Below the pieces are notes generated by a model. It did not search any database, had not been told where the DNA came from, and worked only from the letters and a program-made list of their open reading frames with translations. The translations under genes were made by a program, and so were the position numbers. Positions 28,101 to 41,360 of a stretch of 64,000 bases of DNA are shown piece by piece. The stretch's first letter is position 1; every line of letters starts with the position of its first letter. This DNA is from Octopus vulgaris (lineage: Eukaryota): assembly GCA_951406725.2 (NCBI GenBank), contig OX597820.1, forward strand, positions 97,588,001 through 97,652,000. The letters run 5' to 3'.

Positions 28101-29039
28101 CCTTTTATTTATAAATGTTCTAAATCCTCACATCCTTGGTTTTTTTTATCTCATTCTGAAAAAAATTTATACATATATATATGTGTGTGTGTGCTTAAAC
28201 GTTTTTGTGATCATTAGTTTGTTAAATATTAAGAAAAATCTAGGGATTTGATTAGCAGAAGCTTACTTATGGAAAAGCAACTAGTTATAAGCAGATAAAT
28301 TTAGGAAAAACACACTTAAATTAAAGTTGATCGCCACATCAAAGTGGCTGTTCCATGTTTCTACTAGTTTAACCCCAGGCACTCAACAAATACAGTTAAT
28401 GATAATATCTGCAAATGTGATATTTAGCTTAACGATATAATATTTCAACTATGCATTAAACCAAATGATTCAATTTTATAAATAAACCATAATTCCAATC
28501 ACATACCTTCCGTGTATTTATAGAAATATAGCTACTATTTTAGGTTAAAGAATATCGGGCATACATTATGACTAATCTATGCGATAATGCACTAAACAAA
28601 ATCATTAACTTAGGCGAAATGAAAAAGACAAACCACATGGTTTAATCTACCATATTCAGTCGGTGTTGGCATCCCGGTAAGGATATACTTTCCTTTTGGA
28701 TATAAGTAAATAATAATAAGCAATAATAAATTTCAGAGCGAGTTATATCTCAGAGACGGGTCAATACTCAGAAACTCGAGTCCGTGTGTATCATAAGTTG
28801 AAGACGGGAAGGATGGCTTCCCTTTGCAAACATTGATAGGGCACAGAAAGTGTGTCTATTGTCAGCTGGAGGAGGTGTCCTTCTGGGGCTACAAACTACA
28901 GTAGCATCCACCCTTAGGCGTTAGCCATATTTAAATGGCAAATATACGTATATAATAATAAAAGTAAGTCAAAGCCAATCAATCAAATGATTCATTTTCT
29001 GTAGTCTCAATGACAAATATACCCAGATGCGCTAGTGTG

Positions 29040-29530
29040 TACAGCTAAAACAACAACCATAGATGGTATAGAAAATCCAAATCAAAAGCACCTAGAAAAA
29101 TGCAGAACATATTTAAATGCAGGTTCATATAGTGCGTTTCTTCAGATTTAGCTAACCGTTCTCTCCAAGTAAATTTGAAAATCGAAAAATGTATATGGCA
29201 ATATTGTTGCAATATTGTTGCAACCACACTATCCCATTCGGAAGGTTCTAAATGCTGCAAATTTTGTTCGGCTGAGAAAAACATGCCGATGCAACGCTTG
29301 AAAATGTTGAAAAAAAAAAAGAAGGATTTTATAACTGCAAATATGAGAATAAATCTCTTAAAATAACCGTCCCAGCTGCGAACGTGATTATCATACCACT
29401 GCCAGCATAATAAAAAAAAGCAGCAGCTATGTGAAAGTCTGTAAAGACATAGCAGTAAACATTTAATCGTGCAGTGTGTATCTACCATAGCTTCTGCGAA
29501 AGCCAAGTAACACGACCTATGCAATAGAGT
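29040..29530 (+). pseudogene. Possible decayed DNA-transposase N-terminus (Sola1-like)
   Basis: PRKMQNIFKCRF.C...IWQY...YVKVCKD resembles the Cys-rich / VRVCK region of Sola1-type transposases; broken by stops. Confidence 0.3.
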
Positions 29531-29731
29531 CTTATAACTATAAACATGTTACTACACTGCCTTGCCTAAGGATCCTCAGCAATAAGAACTGACCAAATCT
29601 GACCTATGAGAAATAGATAGAACAGTGAGCGTGTTCAATATTTATGTAGTCATAACGAATGTATATGCACCAGAAATTCTTCACAGTAGCGACAGAGCGA
29701 AACATCATCAGGCTGGAATTTATATAGTACG

Positions 29732-29772
<41 letters not shown>

Positions 29773-29775
29773 TAA

Positions 29776-29856
<81 letters not shown>

Positions 29857-29938
29857 AGGTCCCGGGTTGAGTCGGGGTTAACCACAGTAAATAAGGTACT
29901 CAATACATAGCAGAGTAAAGTAATTTATTTTATAGAAG

Positions 29939-29991
29939 GAGCTTCTACAGGACTAGAACTGTTTCATTCAGATGAAATCTTCAGGAAGCCC
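29939..29991 (-). ncRNA. Type I hammerhead ribozyme with intact core inside a fold-back element (29856-30050)
   Basis: Minus strand GGGCTTC-CTGAAGA-T-TTCA-TC-TGAA-T-GAAA-CAG-TTCTAGTC-CTG-TA-GAAGCTC: 7-bp stem I and stem III ACAG/CTGT. Confidence 0.78.
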
Positions 29992-30286
29992 TGAATTTCA
30001 TCTGAATGAAACAGTTCTAGTCCTGTAGAAGCTCCTTCTATAAAATAAATAAATATATATATATATATATATATATGTACATGTATCTATATATGTCTGT
30101 GTGCCTGAGTTTGCGGGTGTGCATGTATATGTGCGCGAGCGCGCGTGTATTAAAACTATAGAGATATATTATACACATATACATGCATATAAATACACAC
30201 CTACATATAAACAAACAGTCAGATACATAACTATGCATATATGTATATGCATGTATATATACATACATATATATATGTATATATAA

Positions 30287-30317
<31 letters not shown>

Positions 30318-30341
30318 CACACACACATATATATATGTATG

Positions 30342-30393
<52 letters not shown>

Positions 30394-30399
30394 TATATG

Positions 30400-30462
<63 letters not shown>

Positions 30463-31052
30463 GTTATCTTTGAGTCTAAAGACGTACGCAAAGGTTGCTT
30501 AGAAAGATTGGCAATCATATTTAATGAGCCGTGCAATGAGTGCTGGTGCTCAGTTGTATGTCATTCTGGAAGACCTCCCAGTTTGGTCGACAACATCTGC
30601 TTCTGCAATTGCATTGCAAGATAGCGAGCGCCGCCTGACGACAAATTCTGGTATTTCATCATTCGTTTTCTGTTTTTCTTTTGTATTTCATATTTATTTC
30701 ATTGTTGTTGTTGTTTCTTCTACTTGTTAACTATGGGAAAATACGCAATCTACAATGTTCGCTGCAGTTATATATATATATATATATGAATGTATGTATA
30801 TATGTGTGCATATATATATGTGCATACATCCATATTACACTTATATATGTATATAATATGTATACATATGTATATGTGTGTACAAATGTATAAAAATATT
30901 TACTTGTACATATGCGCACATATATATGTGTATATATTTCTATGCACGTATGTATGTATATATGTATGCACATACACATATATACATACATACATATGTA
31001 CATATATGCATAGATACCGACGCTTGTGTATGCAGATGTGCAGACGATTATA

Positions 31053-31415
<363 letters not shown>

Positions 31416-31597
31416 ATATCTAGAGTCAATAGCGTATATAGTTTCGTCCCGGATTGGGCTGCTCACGACAGTCGTAAACATTCCAACCTGACGTGAACCC
31501 GTGAGTAGACTGTCAACTATTTACATCCCGCATATTGAGCTCTGTATGCGATAATGCTTGCACTGCGTGAAGCAGTTCTTAATATCCTTCACAACTA

Positions 31598-31815
31598 AGG
31601 CGTTGAGCGGGCAGACTCATTAACGTGCCGGTCATAATGTTTAGCGATATTTCGTCTGTCTTTACGTTCTTAGTTCAAATTTAGCCGGAGTTGACTGCGT
31701 CTTTCATCCTGTCGGGGTCTATAAGATAAGTAGGTACCACTTGAGCACTGGAGACGATATAATTATCTTAGCCCCTCGCTCGAAGCTGCTGGCCTTGTGC
31801 CAAAATTTGAAACCG
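31598..31815 (+). mobile_element. SINE family 2, old tail-B copy
   Basis: Diverged head and core; tail GCTGGCCTTGTGCCAAAATTTGAAAC. Confidence 0.75.
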
Positions 31816-31900
31816 ATATCCTTCACAACCCTTTATCTTACACAGCGCGCTCGCTCATATATATATGCGTACGCACACTCACATTTATACATAGACATAT

Positions 31901-32123
31901 ATATTTCTTTACTACCCACAAGGGGCTAAACACAGACGGGACAAACAAGGACAGACAAACGGATTAAGTCGATTATATCAACCCCAGTGTGTAACTGGTA
32001 CTTAATTTATCGACCCCGAAAGGATGAAAGGCAAAGTCGACCTCGGCGGAATTTGAACTCGGAACGTGACGACAGACGAAATACAGCTACGCATTTCGCC
32101 CAGCGTGCTAACGTTTCTGCCAG
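31901..32123 (-). mobile_element. SINE family 2, tail A
   Basis: Near-consensus copy. Confidence 0.92.
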
Positions 32124-32367
32124 TGTGTATGTGTGCGTGTGTGGACATAGACATATATATATGTCCACACACGCACACATACACACACACACACATATAT
32201 CTGTGTGTGTATATATATGTTCATATATATACTCATGCACACATACGCACACACACGCGCGCGCACATATATGTGTATGTATGTATTTTTAAATGCATAT
32301 ATATATATTATGCCTGCGTATACATATAAATTTGGGTGAGAATATGTATGCAGCTATGTATGTACAA

Positions 32368-32424
<57 letters not shown>

Positions 32425-32695
32425 GAATACATACACATGAAATATTAGCGTGACCGATATAGAGTATGAAGCTGACACGGTCATACTCGTAATACTCCCT
32501 AAGGGACATTTTATTTACTCCACCCTCCGTCTCCCTTTCTCTCTCTCTGACTCACTCATATTTTGATCATCAAAACAAAAATAACAACTACAAGAAGAAC
32601 TGCACAAACAAAGCCTTACTGAATATTTTCCGGTTATTGTGACAATTCCTAATTATAACGGAAAAATGTGATCGGAGTCTGCGATCATCTTACGC

Positions 32696-32855
32696 AGGCA
32701 TGGTTGGATTTTTCGAGGGGCTGGATACATGACATGGTACATCACCATGTGGGCCGCACTGCTAAAAGAATCCAAGACAATTTTTCGTTAGGCGTACCAT
32801 TAAGAAAGTTCCGCGGGCTACATGCAGTCTGCGACCCGTAGAATGCTCATGACTC
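32696..32855. mobile_element. Possible decayed hAT/Charlie-type MITE
   Basis: CAGGCATG...CATGACT ends with GGGCCGCA / CGCGGGCTACATGC subterminal motifs. Confidence 0.35.
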
Positions 32856-33032
32856 AACTAACTCTATCTACGCGACCCTAATATAATAGCCCTGAAGCAA
32901 CAGTGAGATGGTCCAGTTATAAAAAGTACTACAATATATAACTACCACTTCTATTTAATTTCTAACATTGCTGTTAGTTTATTAACTCTTGCTACTGTTT
33001 TCTTTGATGTTGCTGCTGTTGTTGTTGCTGTT

Positions 33033-33404
33033 GAACGAACGGTCTTCGTCCCAGAGCTCGCAAGATGGGAGAAGTCCGAAACGTGGTCCTTTGCTATTCG
33101 TAAGACCCGCAGAAGAGAAAGCAGGTCAACCTCCGACACCGAGAGCATCGAGGGATGGATGAATGCGCATCCAGGCTCAGCGGTTGCGTAGGAAGTCGGG
33201 GACAAGAAACAGGAAGAAAGAGTGAGAGAAAGTTGGAGCGAAAGAGTATAACAGGGGTCGCCACCTCCTCCCCTGCCGGAGCCTCGTGGAGCTTTAGGTG
33301 TTTTCGCTCAATAAACACACACAACGCCCTGTCTGGGAATCGAAACCGCGATCCTCCGACCGCGAGTCCGTTGCCCTAACCACTGGGCCATTGCGCACCC
33401 CTCC
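33033..33404 (-). mobile_element. SINE family 3, full length, alternative tail, probable TSD TGTTGTTGCTG
   Basis: Head homologous to 12986; the 3' half is unrelated to that copy. Confidence 0.88.
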
Positions 33405-33699
33405 CTGTTGTTGCTGCTTCTATGGAATGACAAAACTGCTTTGTTATTTCTTTGAACAGGGTGTGTGCTATAATGAATACTTCACAAGAAATTCGCTTAG
33501 CTCAGTTCACGGTCAGTTACTGCAACTAGACTTATTCGTTCGCAGAAACTAATTAAGCATCCAGTGATGGTTAAGTTGTTAAGTTGACTTTGGTGTAAAT
33601 TTGGGAATTATTTTCAGACAAGGCAATGTACAATCTGTTAAATGTTTTATTTTTCCGCATGAAGTTAAATTGAAAAGAAGAAGAGAAATATTTTCCTTC

Positions 33700-33860
33700 A
33701 GGCACAGGCATGATTCTGTGGTTAAGAAGCTAACTTTGCGATCGCGTGATTTCAGGTTCAGTTCAATTATGCAGCATCTCGGGCAACTACCTTCTGCTAT
33801 AGCCCCAGGCCAACCAATGCGTTTTGAGTGGATTTCGTAGTAGATGGAAGGAGACTGTTG
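33700..33860 (+). mobile_element. SINE family 1-related, diverged
   Basis: CTGTGGTTAAGAAGC...CTATAGCCCCAGGCCAACCAA...GAGTGGATTTCGTAG. Confidence 0.7.
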
Positions 33861-33920
<60 letters not shown>

Positions 33921-33938
33921 CATACATACATACATACA

Positions 33939-33972
<34 letters not shown>

Positions 33973-34877
33973 CATAGATACATACACGCACACATATATT
34001 GTTTAATGATCGCAGTGTATATTCTTAGGAGCTACTAATACGTAGTTTCACACAATGAAAACGACGCAAGCTCTGATCTCTTCATGCAATCTTTAGCCTG
34101 GACATACCAGACCTGTTATAAAATACTGTCTGTGTCGTTACCATTGCATGAAACTATTAGTAACTCATAAAAATATATATACTGTGTTCATTAATCTTTC
34201 ATCAGATTGAGTACTTTTTTTTCTTGATCTTGCCTTCACGGAATAGTTTACAATACACACACACACACACATTCGGAAACTTGGGAAATAATAGTTTATC
34301 ACAGCCTCGGGTTAACCGAAGCTTTGTAAATGAAATTTGGTGAATGGAGATTGTGCGGTTGCGTTTCAAACTGAGTCGATGAGAAAACGTCGGCCTGTCA
34401 GGAATACCAGACAAGATATTTTCAAATCACAAACATCCGATATAGCCTCTAAACAAACAGCATAATCACAACTAGAATGCAGTTGATTATATATCTGCTT
34501 GATCAAAAATAGCCTTGGATTAAGCAACAGGAACACAAGCAGATTGATTTTGAAATTGTTCTACTTCTGAAGATACAAAAATACTTCCTGTTGAAAACAC
34601 TGTATTCAGACAATTTTGAATACATCTCGTCTATGTTTTCCTTCAAACATAAACAAATAGAAGTTTATCACTGTTTCTCTTAAGGTAACCCTTTTCTACT
34701 TGCCTGTCACATAGAAATAGTTTTCACGCTTCAAGGAAAGGAAATTCAACCTTACAGACTCTCCGCGTTTTAGCCAATCTGATCATTTTATGAAGGTCAA
34801 TAGAACGAGCTCATCCATGAGAATATGCACCACTTCTCTTGGAAATTGGTCAAGCAGAATGGATGGCCTATTGATCC

Positions 34878-35097
34878 TTTTTCTTTACTACCCACAAGGG
34901 GCTAAATACAGAGAGGACAAACAAAGACAGACAAACGGTTTAAGTCGATTATATCGACCCCAGTGCGTAACTGGTACTTAATGTATCGACCCCGAAAGGA
35001 TGAAAGGCAAAGTCGACCTCGGCGGAATTTGAACTCAGAACGAAATACGGCTACGTATTTCACCCGGCGTGCTAACGATTCTGCCAGCTCGCCCCCT
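34878..35097 (-). mobile_element. SINE family 2, tail A
   Basis: Near-consensus copy with a small deletion. Confidence 0.9.
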
Positions 35098-35099
35098 TT

Positions 35100-35905
35100 T
35101 GATACTGTCGCTCGTCGCCTTTCCTGGATGGGTAACTTCCAGAAACTCGACGCGTGGGTGCTACACACTTCAAACAAAAAGGACAAACTTCAGGGCACCT
35201 CTATCGCCACCGGTTTGTTCGATCGACACGAGATTACTCTTTGATAAAGAAATATCTTTATCGCATCGTCATTGTCGATGAAAATGGTGTGTTTTCGCAA
35301 ATAGGAAGTAGAGGAAAAAGGCTAAGTCTCAATAAATAAACAACACCTCGAGCCATGTCAAAGATGCATCCACGCAAGAATGATCTGCGTTTGATGGGAC
35401 TTGGAAGGGCTAATCCACTACAAGGTACTTGAAAATAACCACACGGTCAAAGTAGAGCTTTACGTTCAGAAAATGTACCGGCTCATCGATCCAATCCAGC
35501 TTAAATGATCCGACCAGTGTGTTTCTTCAACATGATTACGCTCGCCCCGACTTCACAAATTTGACCAAAAATACTATTCAAGAGATCGGTTGAGAAGTTC
35601 TACCTCCCTCTACGTATTCTCCTGATATAACACCTTTAGATTATAATCTTTTTCTGTCATTATCCAATAGTTTGTGAAGTGCTTCGTTCAACAACAACGT
35701 GTAAGTGAAAACGTGACTCGATGAATTCTTTGAGTCAAGACCCGGCGATTTCTATCTTCAAGGTATTGACAAAGTCGTAGAGAATTGGCAATAATTCATG
35801 AACAATGAAGAAGAATATATTATTGACAAATTTGTTAAAACTGTTGACGAAAAATAAGGATTAATATAAATGAAAAAAACCCCAGCTAATTTATCTGACA
35901 ACTCA
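35100..35905 (+). mobile_element. Mariner transposon, decayed 3' two-thirds
   Basis: KLDAWVLH (WVPHEL), YRIVIVDE (first catalytic D) and YSPDITPLDYNLF (YSPDLAPSD); TIR-like end near 35875-35905. Confidence 0.88.
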
Positions 35906-36563
35906 ACACATACACATAAGATATATATATGTGTATATGCATGTGTGTACACACACACACGCACACACACATACACAAAGAGGGATTAATAAGGGATTAG
36001 TAATCCAGGCGAAATATTTCTTAAGCTTACAGTAGATACAGCTCGCTAACAAAAAAGTCTTGTGATCAGTATTGAACTCCAAGTAATCCGAAGTCAAAAG
36101 CCAAAGTCAAAGTCTATCACCAATCAAATTTGCAAATCCATGGCTACATTACCCAGCTGAAATAATATGCTTTTACAGAGTGATGCATAAAATTGAGAGA
36201 AATAATGGGTTATATACGTTTACTTATTTATTATAAGCTGTAATAAATAAATATATTAAATAAATGTGTATAACTCATTATTTCGTCGGTCGTTCATATA
36301 TCTGCAAAAGAAGCACATTTGAGCAGTAACATATTTAGAAGCTTGATTGTTATGACCGATCAGAGGGTGACCATTGGTTTCCAATCTATACAGCACTTTG
36401 CTGTACAGGCGACTCTTCAGATTCAAATGGTAGCATGTACACAACCTTTCTACAACTGACGAGTTGCCTATACAGCTAAACGCTTTATAGGTGCGAAGCT
36501 AATAGTCGCTCTATGACAGGCCGTAACAATCAACCTTCTATATATATATATATATATATATAT

Positions 36564-36770
36564 AATAATATGTTACAATTACTCAATAGTCAAGATAAAA
36601 CTCAGTTTCAGATGCCGAAGTGGAAATCCACAACACCACTTCGGCATCTGAAACTCAGAGTTTTATCTTGACTGTTGAGTAATTGTAACATATTATTTTA
36701 TAGATAAATTTCCTCTATTTACATAATATTGAGGTCTCTTTCTTTCTTTTGTTATCTTACCGTTTTACCG
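36564..36770. repeat. Fold-back element (~60-bp arms) inserted in (TA)n
   Basis: 36564-36623 is the reverse complement of 36636-36697; the right arm continues ~70 bp to the next (TA)n. Confidence 0.9.
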
Positions 36771-36782
36771 ATATATACATAC

Positions 36783-36877
<95 letters not shown>

Positions 36878-36984
36878 GACATGACAGAAATAAATAATCA
36901 CTATAATTTATTTAATCATTAAAATTTATTTAAATCTGAAATTATACATTCAAATTATTTATTATTTATCATAATGTAAACATT

Positions 36985-37123
36985 TAAGTAGCTTGCTTAC
37001 GAACCACATTGTTCCGGGTTCAGTCCCACTGCGTGGCACCTTGGGCAAGTGTCTTCTACTATAGTCGTGCCGACCAACGCCTTGTGAGCGGATTTGGTAG
37101 ACAGAAACTGAAAGAAGCCCGTC

Positions 37124-37205
<82 letters not shown>

Positions 37206-37498
37206 CATATATATATATATATACATATATATATACATATATATATATATATACATATATATATATGTAAGTATGTATGTATGTATGTGTGTGTATACGT
37301 TTGTGTGACTGTTTGTCCCCCCAACGTCGCTTGACAACCGATGCTGGTGTGTTTACGTCCCCGTAACTTAGCGGTTCGGCAAAATAAACCGATAGAATAA
37401 ATACTAGGCTAACAAAAAATTAAGTCGTGTGGTTGATTTGTTCGCGTAAAGGCGGTGCTCCAGCATAGCCGTAGTTAAATGGCTGAAATAAATTAAAG
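36985..37498 (+). mobile_element. SINE family 1, slightly 5'-truncated, expanded internal (TA)n
   Basis: Family 1 body and tail. Confidence 0.9.
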
Positions 37499-37664
37499 AT
37501 GTTTAGCAAAAGCTTCTTTAATAAACTCGCTTTTATTATTATTATTATTCTATGTTTGACTTTTGCTTTATGTCTGTACAAGTTGGCTCCAAGTCTCACC
37601 CAGAGACCTCAAGAGACAACAGGTTGGACGTTCTGTGCCATATATTTGGGGTTTTTTTTTGGTG

Positions 37665-37746
<82 letters not shown>

Positions 37747-37748
<2 letters not shown>

Positions 37749-37965
37749 CTGTGAGCTGGCAGAATTGTTAGCACACTGGACGAAATGCTTAGTGGTATTT
37801 CGCCCGACCCTACGTTCTGAGTTCAAATTGTGCCGAGGTCGTCTTAATTTATCGATCCGGAGAGGGCTCGATAAATTAAGTACCAGTTGAACACTTGGGG
37901 TCGATGTAATCGATTTGTCCCTTCCCCTCAAATTTCAGGCCTTGTGCCTTTAGTAGAAAGGATTA
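37747..37965 (+). mobile_element. SINE family 2, tail B, inserted in (TTA)n
   Basis: Tail ...CCTTGTGCCTTTAGTAGAAAGGATTATTATT. Confidence 0.85.
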
Positions 37966-38528
37966 TTATTATTTTATTTTTTTTGATATCTTAGTTACAA
38001 AGGATTTTTGAATGGAAGAGTAACGAATAAGCAGTTACTTTGTTTTTGACACGGAGTGGAACAAACAGTCGCTTTCTGTTGAGTTCTTTAACATTAGCAC
38101 AATAAACCGGTCGTTGACACCAGAGATACCCAAACCTTGTTCTTTGTGATACATGTGTCACATGCCTCAACACACCGAAATGGTATATTGTTGCATGTTG
38201 TCATCTAAATTACAAATATAACACCGTGAACTCCCCTTAAATAGCTCAGCCTATGTGTTGATAAAATAGAATAGATTAAAGCTGCACATTTCTAAATATA
38301 GTCATTTATAAATTTTGCCACTTAACAACCTGTCCAAATCTATTCTGTAGGGACTCATTCATGCCATTGCGCATGCGCATTAATCAGTAAGCCGACCGAT
38401 AACCCAGCTGTTATACTATCACAACCAAGTTATTATTTTATACCCTACAAACACCCTACCAATAAAGTAACTTGTAACTTACAGTAATGTATAGTGCGAT
38501 AAAATGGATTATGTTCCCCCATAAGAAA

Positions 38529-38598
<70 letters not shown>

Positions 38599-38603
38599 CC
38601 TAC

Positions 38604-38648
<45 letters not shown>

Positions 38649-38653
38649 CATCC

Positions 38654-38709
<56 letters not shown>

Positions 38710-38808
38710 GTTTATTACACTATTGTATGACTGAACGCCCTCGCGTCGATTCGATTCGATTCGTTTCGTTTCGTTTCGTTCTTCCTCTTCTCTAAGCTGG
38801 TTTGTATT

Positions 38809-38854
<46 letters not shown>

Positions 38855-38857
<3 letters not shown>

Positions 38858-39048
38858 GGAAAGTTTACGAAAATAAACAAAAGACGAAGGTAGGTGGAGT
38901 ACAAACAAACAAATGTATTAGTATAGCGCTCAGGAATAGAAAAAGTCTTTTACATTTCGAGCCTACGCTCTTCTACAGAAAGATACACAGAAAAAAAACA
39001 AGGAGAGAAACAAGGAGAGAAAAAAATGCGTATAGGAGCTAACGATCT

Positions 39049-39051
<3 letters not shown>
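38855..39051 (-). mobile_element. Hammerhead-like pLTR repeat, P1 subfamily (same as 52327-52517)
   Basis: Minus strand CTTT-CTGTAGA-A-GAGC-GTAG-GCTC-GAAA-TGTA-AAAG (38947-38982); (TA)n on both sides. Confidence 0.7.
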
Positions 39052-39079
<28 letters not shown>

Positions 39080-39082
<3 letters not shown>

Positions 39083-39365
39083 CTTAGGCGTGGCTGTGTG
39101 GTAAGAAGTTTTCTTCCCGCCCAAATGGTTCGGGATTTAGTCCCACTGTGTGCCACCTTGGTCTAAGCGTCTTGCACTATTGCCTCGGGCCGACCAAAGC
39201 CTTGTGAGTGATTTTGGTAGAGGGAAACTGAAAGAAGCCCGTTGTAAATATATATATCTATATTTATGTGTTTTTGCATCTGTGTTTGTCCCGTTCTATA
39301 GCATTATTTGTCCCTCGTAACATACCAGTTCGGAAAAAGTGACCGATAGAATAAGAAGCAGCGTG
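39080..39365 (+). mobile_element. SINE family 1, diverged and 3'-truncated
   Basis: GGCGTGGCTGTGTGGTAAGAAG...GAAACTGAAAGAAGCCCG. Confidence 0.85.
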
Positions 39366-39403
39366 AGTGTCTGTCTGTCTGTATGCATGTATGTATGCAT
39401 CTA

Positions 39404-39460
<57 letters not shown>

Positions 39461-39737
39461 AGAGACACAGAGAGAGAGAGAGGGAGCGAGAGAGTGAGAG
39501 AGAGAGAGACAGAGACAGAGAGAGGAAGAGAAATAGTGAGGGGAACGTATTCATACAAAACCTCAAAAACGACACATCCGGTAACAAATAGTATCTAAAT
39601 ATTTAGCAACAACAGCAGGTGTACCATATTTACTGACTGACCTTACGTGATTAAAGATATTTATTCATCGATGGGATATTACCGTCGATATTGACTTCAG
39701 GAAATAGGTAACTGGATGTTAGTATCATCGTTTATCT

Positions 39738-39935
39738 CAAGGCAGCGAGCTGGCAGAATCGTTAGCACGCCAGGCGAAACGCTTAGCTGTATTTCGTCCG
39801 TCTTCACGTTCTGAGTTCAAATTCCACTGAGGTCGACTTTGCCTTTCAGGGTCGATAAAATAAGTACCAGTTGAGTACTGGGGTCGATGTAATCGATTTA
39901 GCCCTTCCCCCGAAATTCCAGGCCTTGTAAAAGGA
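39738..39935 (+). mobile_element. SINE family 2, tail B
   Basis: AAGGCAGCGAGCTGGCAGAATCGTTAGCACGCC head. Confidence 0.88.
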
Positions 39936-40769
39936 TTATTATCATTTGTCCCACTGTTAATCAACCCCGATTTGGAGCAGCTATGTTCATAGTTTTATCA
40001 TCCTCAACAATATTTATTTTACTCTAAGCATAGAAATGAGTAATTCAAAAGAGATTTAGCTGCTATTTCGAATGGTCACTCTGTGTTTACCTCTTTCATG
40101 TAAAACTTTATGGTATTAAACCTATTAAGTGACGTGAAAGAGCCACTATCAGGAATAAAACTTAGGCCCAAACCTCATTGCAATAGGAAGGATCCCCTTA
40201 ATCTATAATGCTCTCTAAATCAGAGTCGAATTGGATTAACCATTCAGTGACATATTCTTTATGGAGAGGAAAATCGTTATTTGTATTGTGTGGGGTGGCG
40301 TGTTTGAGAATCGTTAGTCAGATTAAATGCTTAGCGGTATTTCTTCCGGTTCTTTAAGTTCTGAGTTCAAATCCCGTCGAGGTCAGGTTTGCCTTTCATC
40401 CTTTCAGGATTGAGAAAATAAAATACCAATCAGGTGACTGGAAGTGAAAGCGTGTAGCTTAGTGGTTAGGTTCTCGCACTACCAGTCGTAAGATCGCAGT
40501 TTCGATTACTGAAACGGGCGGTGACTAGTTCACTCAGCTGTAAATGAGTAAAGCTGTTATAGTATGGCGTCCCATTTAGGGGTAATGTTGTGAGTTCGGT
40601 CAGTTATACGCCATGGGATCTGGGGAATCGGCCCTATGGGTCCTACGACTCGACGATTGTAATGTCCAGAGCACTTACTCACAAGTTCTGTGGTAGATGG
40701 AATCGCCTCATTCCTTGCTTTTACAGTTGCTGGCCTTGTGCTTAAATTAGAAACCGTTATATTGGTTTA

Positions 40770-41201
40770 AAATTTTGCCACAAGGCCAGCAATTTTGGGG
40801 GAGGGTAATAAGTCGATTACATCGACCCCAGTTTCAACTGGTACTTATTTTATCGACCCCGAAAGAGATGAAAGGCAAAGTCAACCTCGGCTAAATGTCA
40901 ACTCAGAATGTAATAATGAACGAAGTGGCGCTAAGCATTTCCCCCGGTTTGCTAACGATTCTGACAACCCGCCAGCTAAATTAAATGGTTTCAAGTTTTG
41001 GAACAAGGCCAGAAATTTCGAGGGAGCGGGTAAGTCGATTATATCGACCCCGTTACTCTACGGGTACGTATTATATCGAGCCCGAAAGGGATGCAAAGTA
41101 AAGTCAGCCTCGACGGAATTTGAACTCAGAACGTGATGACGGACTAAATGCCGCTAAGCATTTTACCCGGTGTGCTGACACTTCTGTTAGCTCGGCGCCT
41201 T
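40770..41201 (-). mobile_element. Two adjacent tail-B family 2 SINEs
   Basis: 40770-40977 and 40995-41201, each with its own head. Confidence 0.82.
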
Positions 41202-41360
41202 AAAGGAACTGTTATATTGTGTTTCATTGTATTGTATTTATTACCACAGAAAAATGAATTAATCTTTCGATAAACTAACTTAGAGATTTGGTTTCAGTAC
41301 TGCTTAAAGCTATCTAATTACACTCGTACTCATTGTTCTAGTAAGATGAATGACAATCAT

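Noticed and set aside
29045-29524. 159-aa minus-strand ORF
   Set aside because: It has no recognisable motif; the weak transposase-like signal is on the opposite strand.
34560-34875. Possible extra mariner remnant on the minus strand
   Set aside because: The motif match is too degenerate to support.
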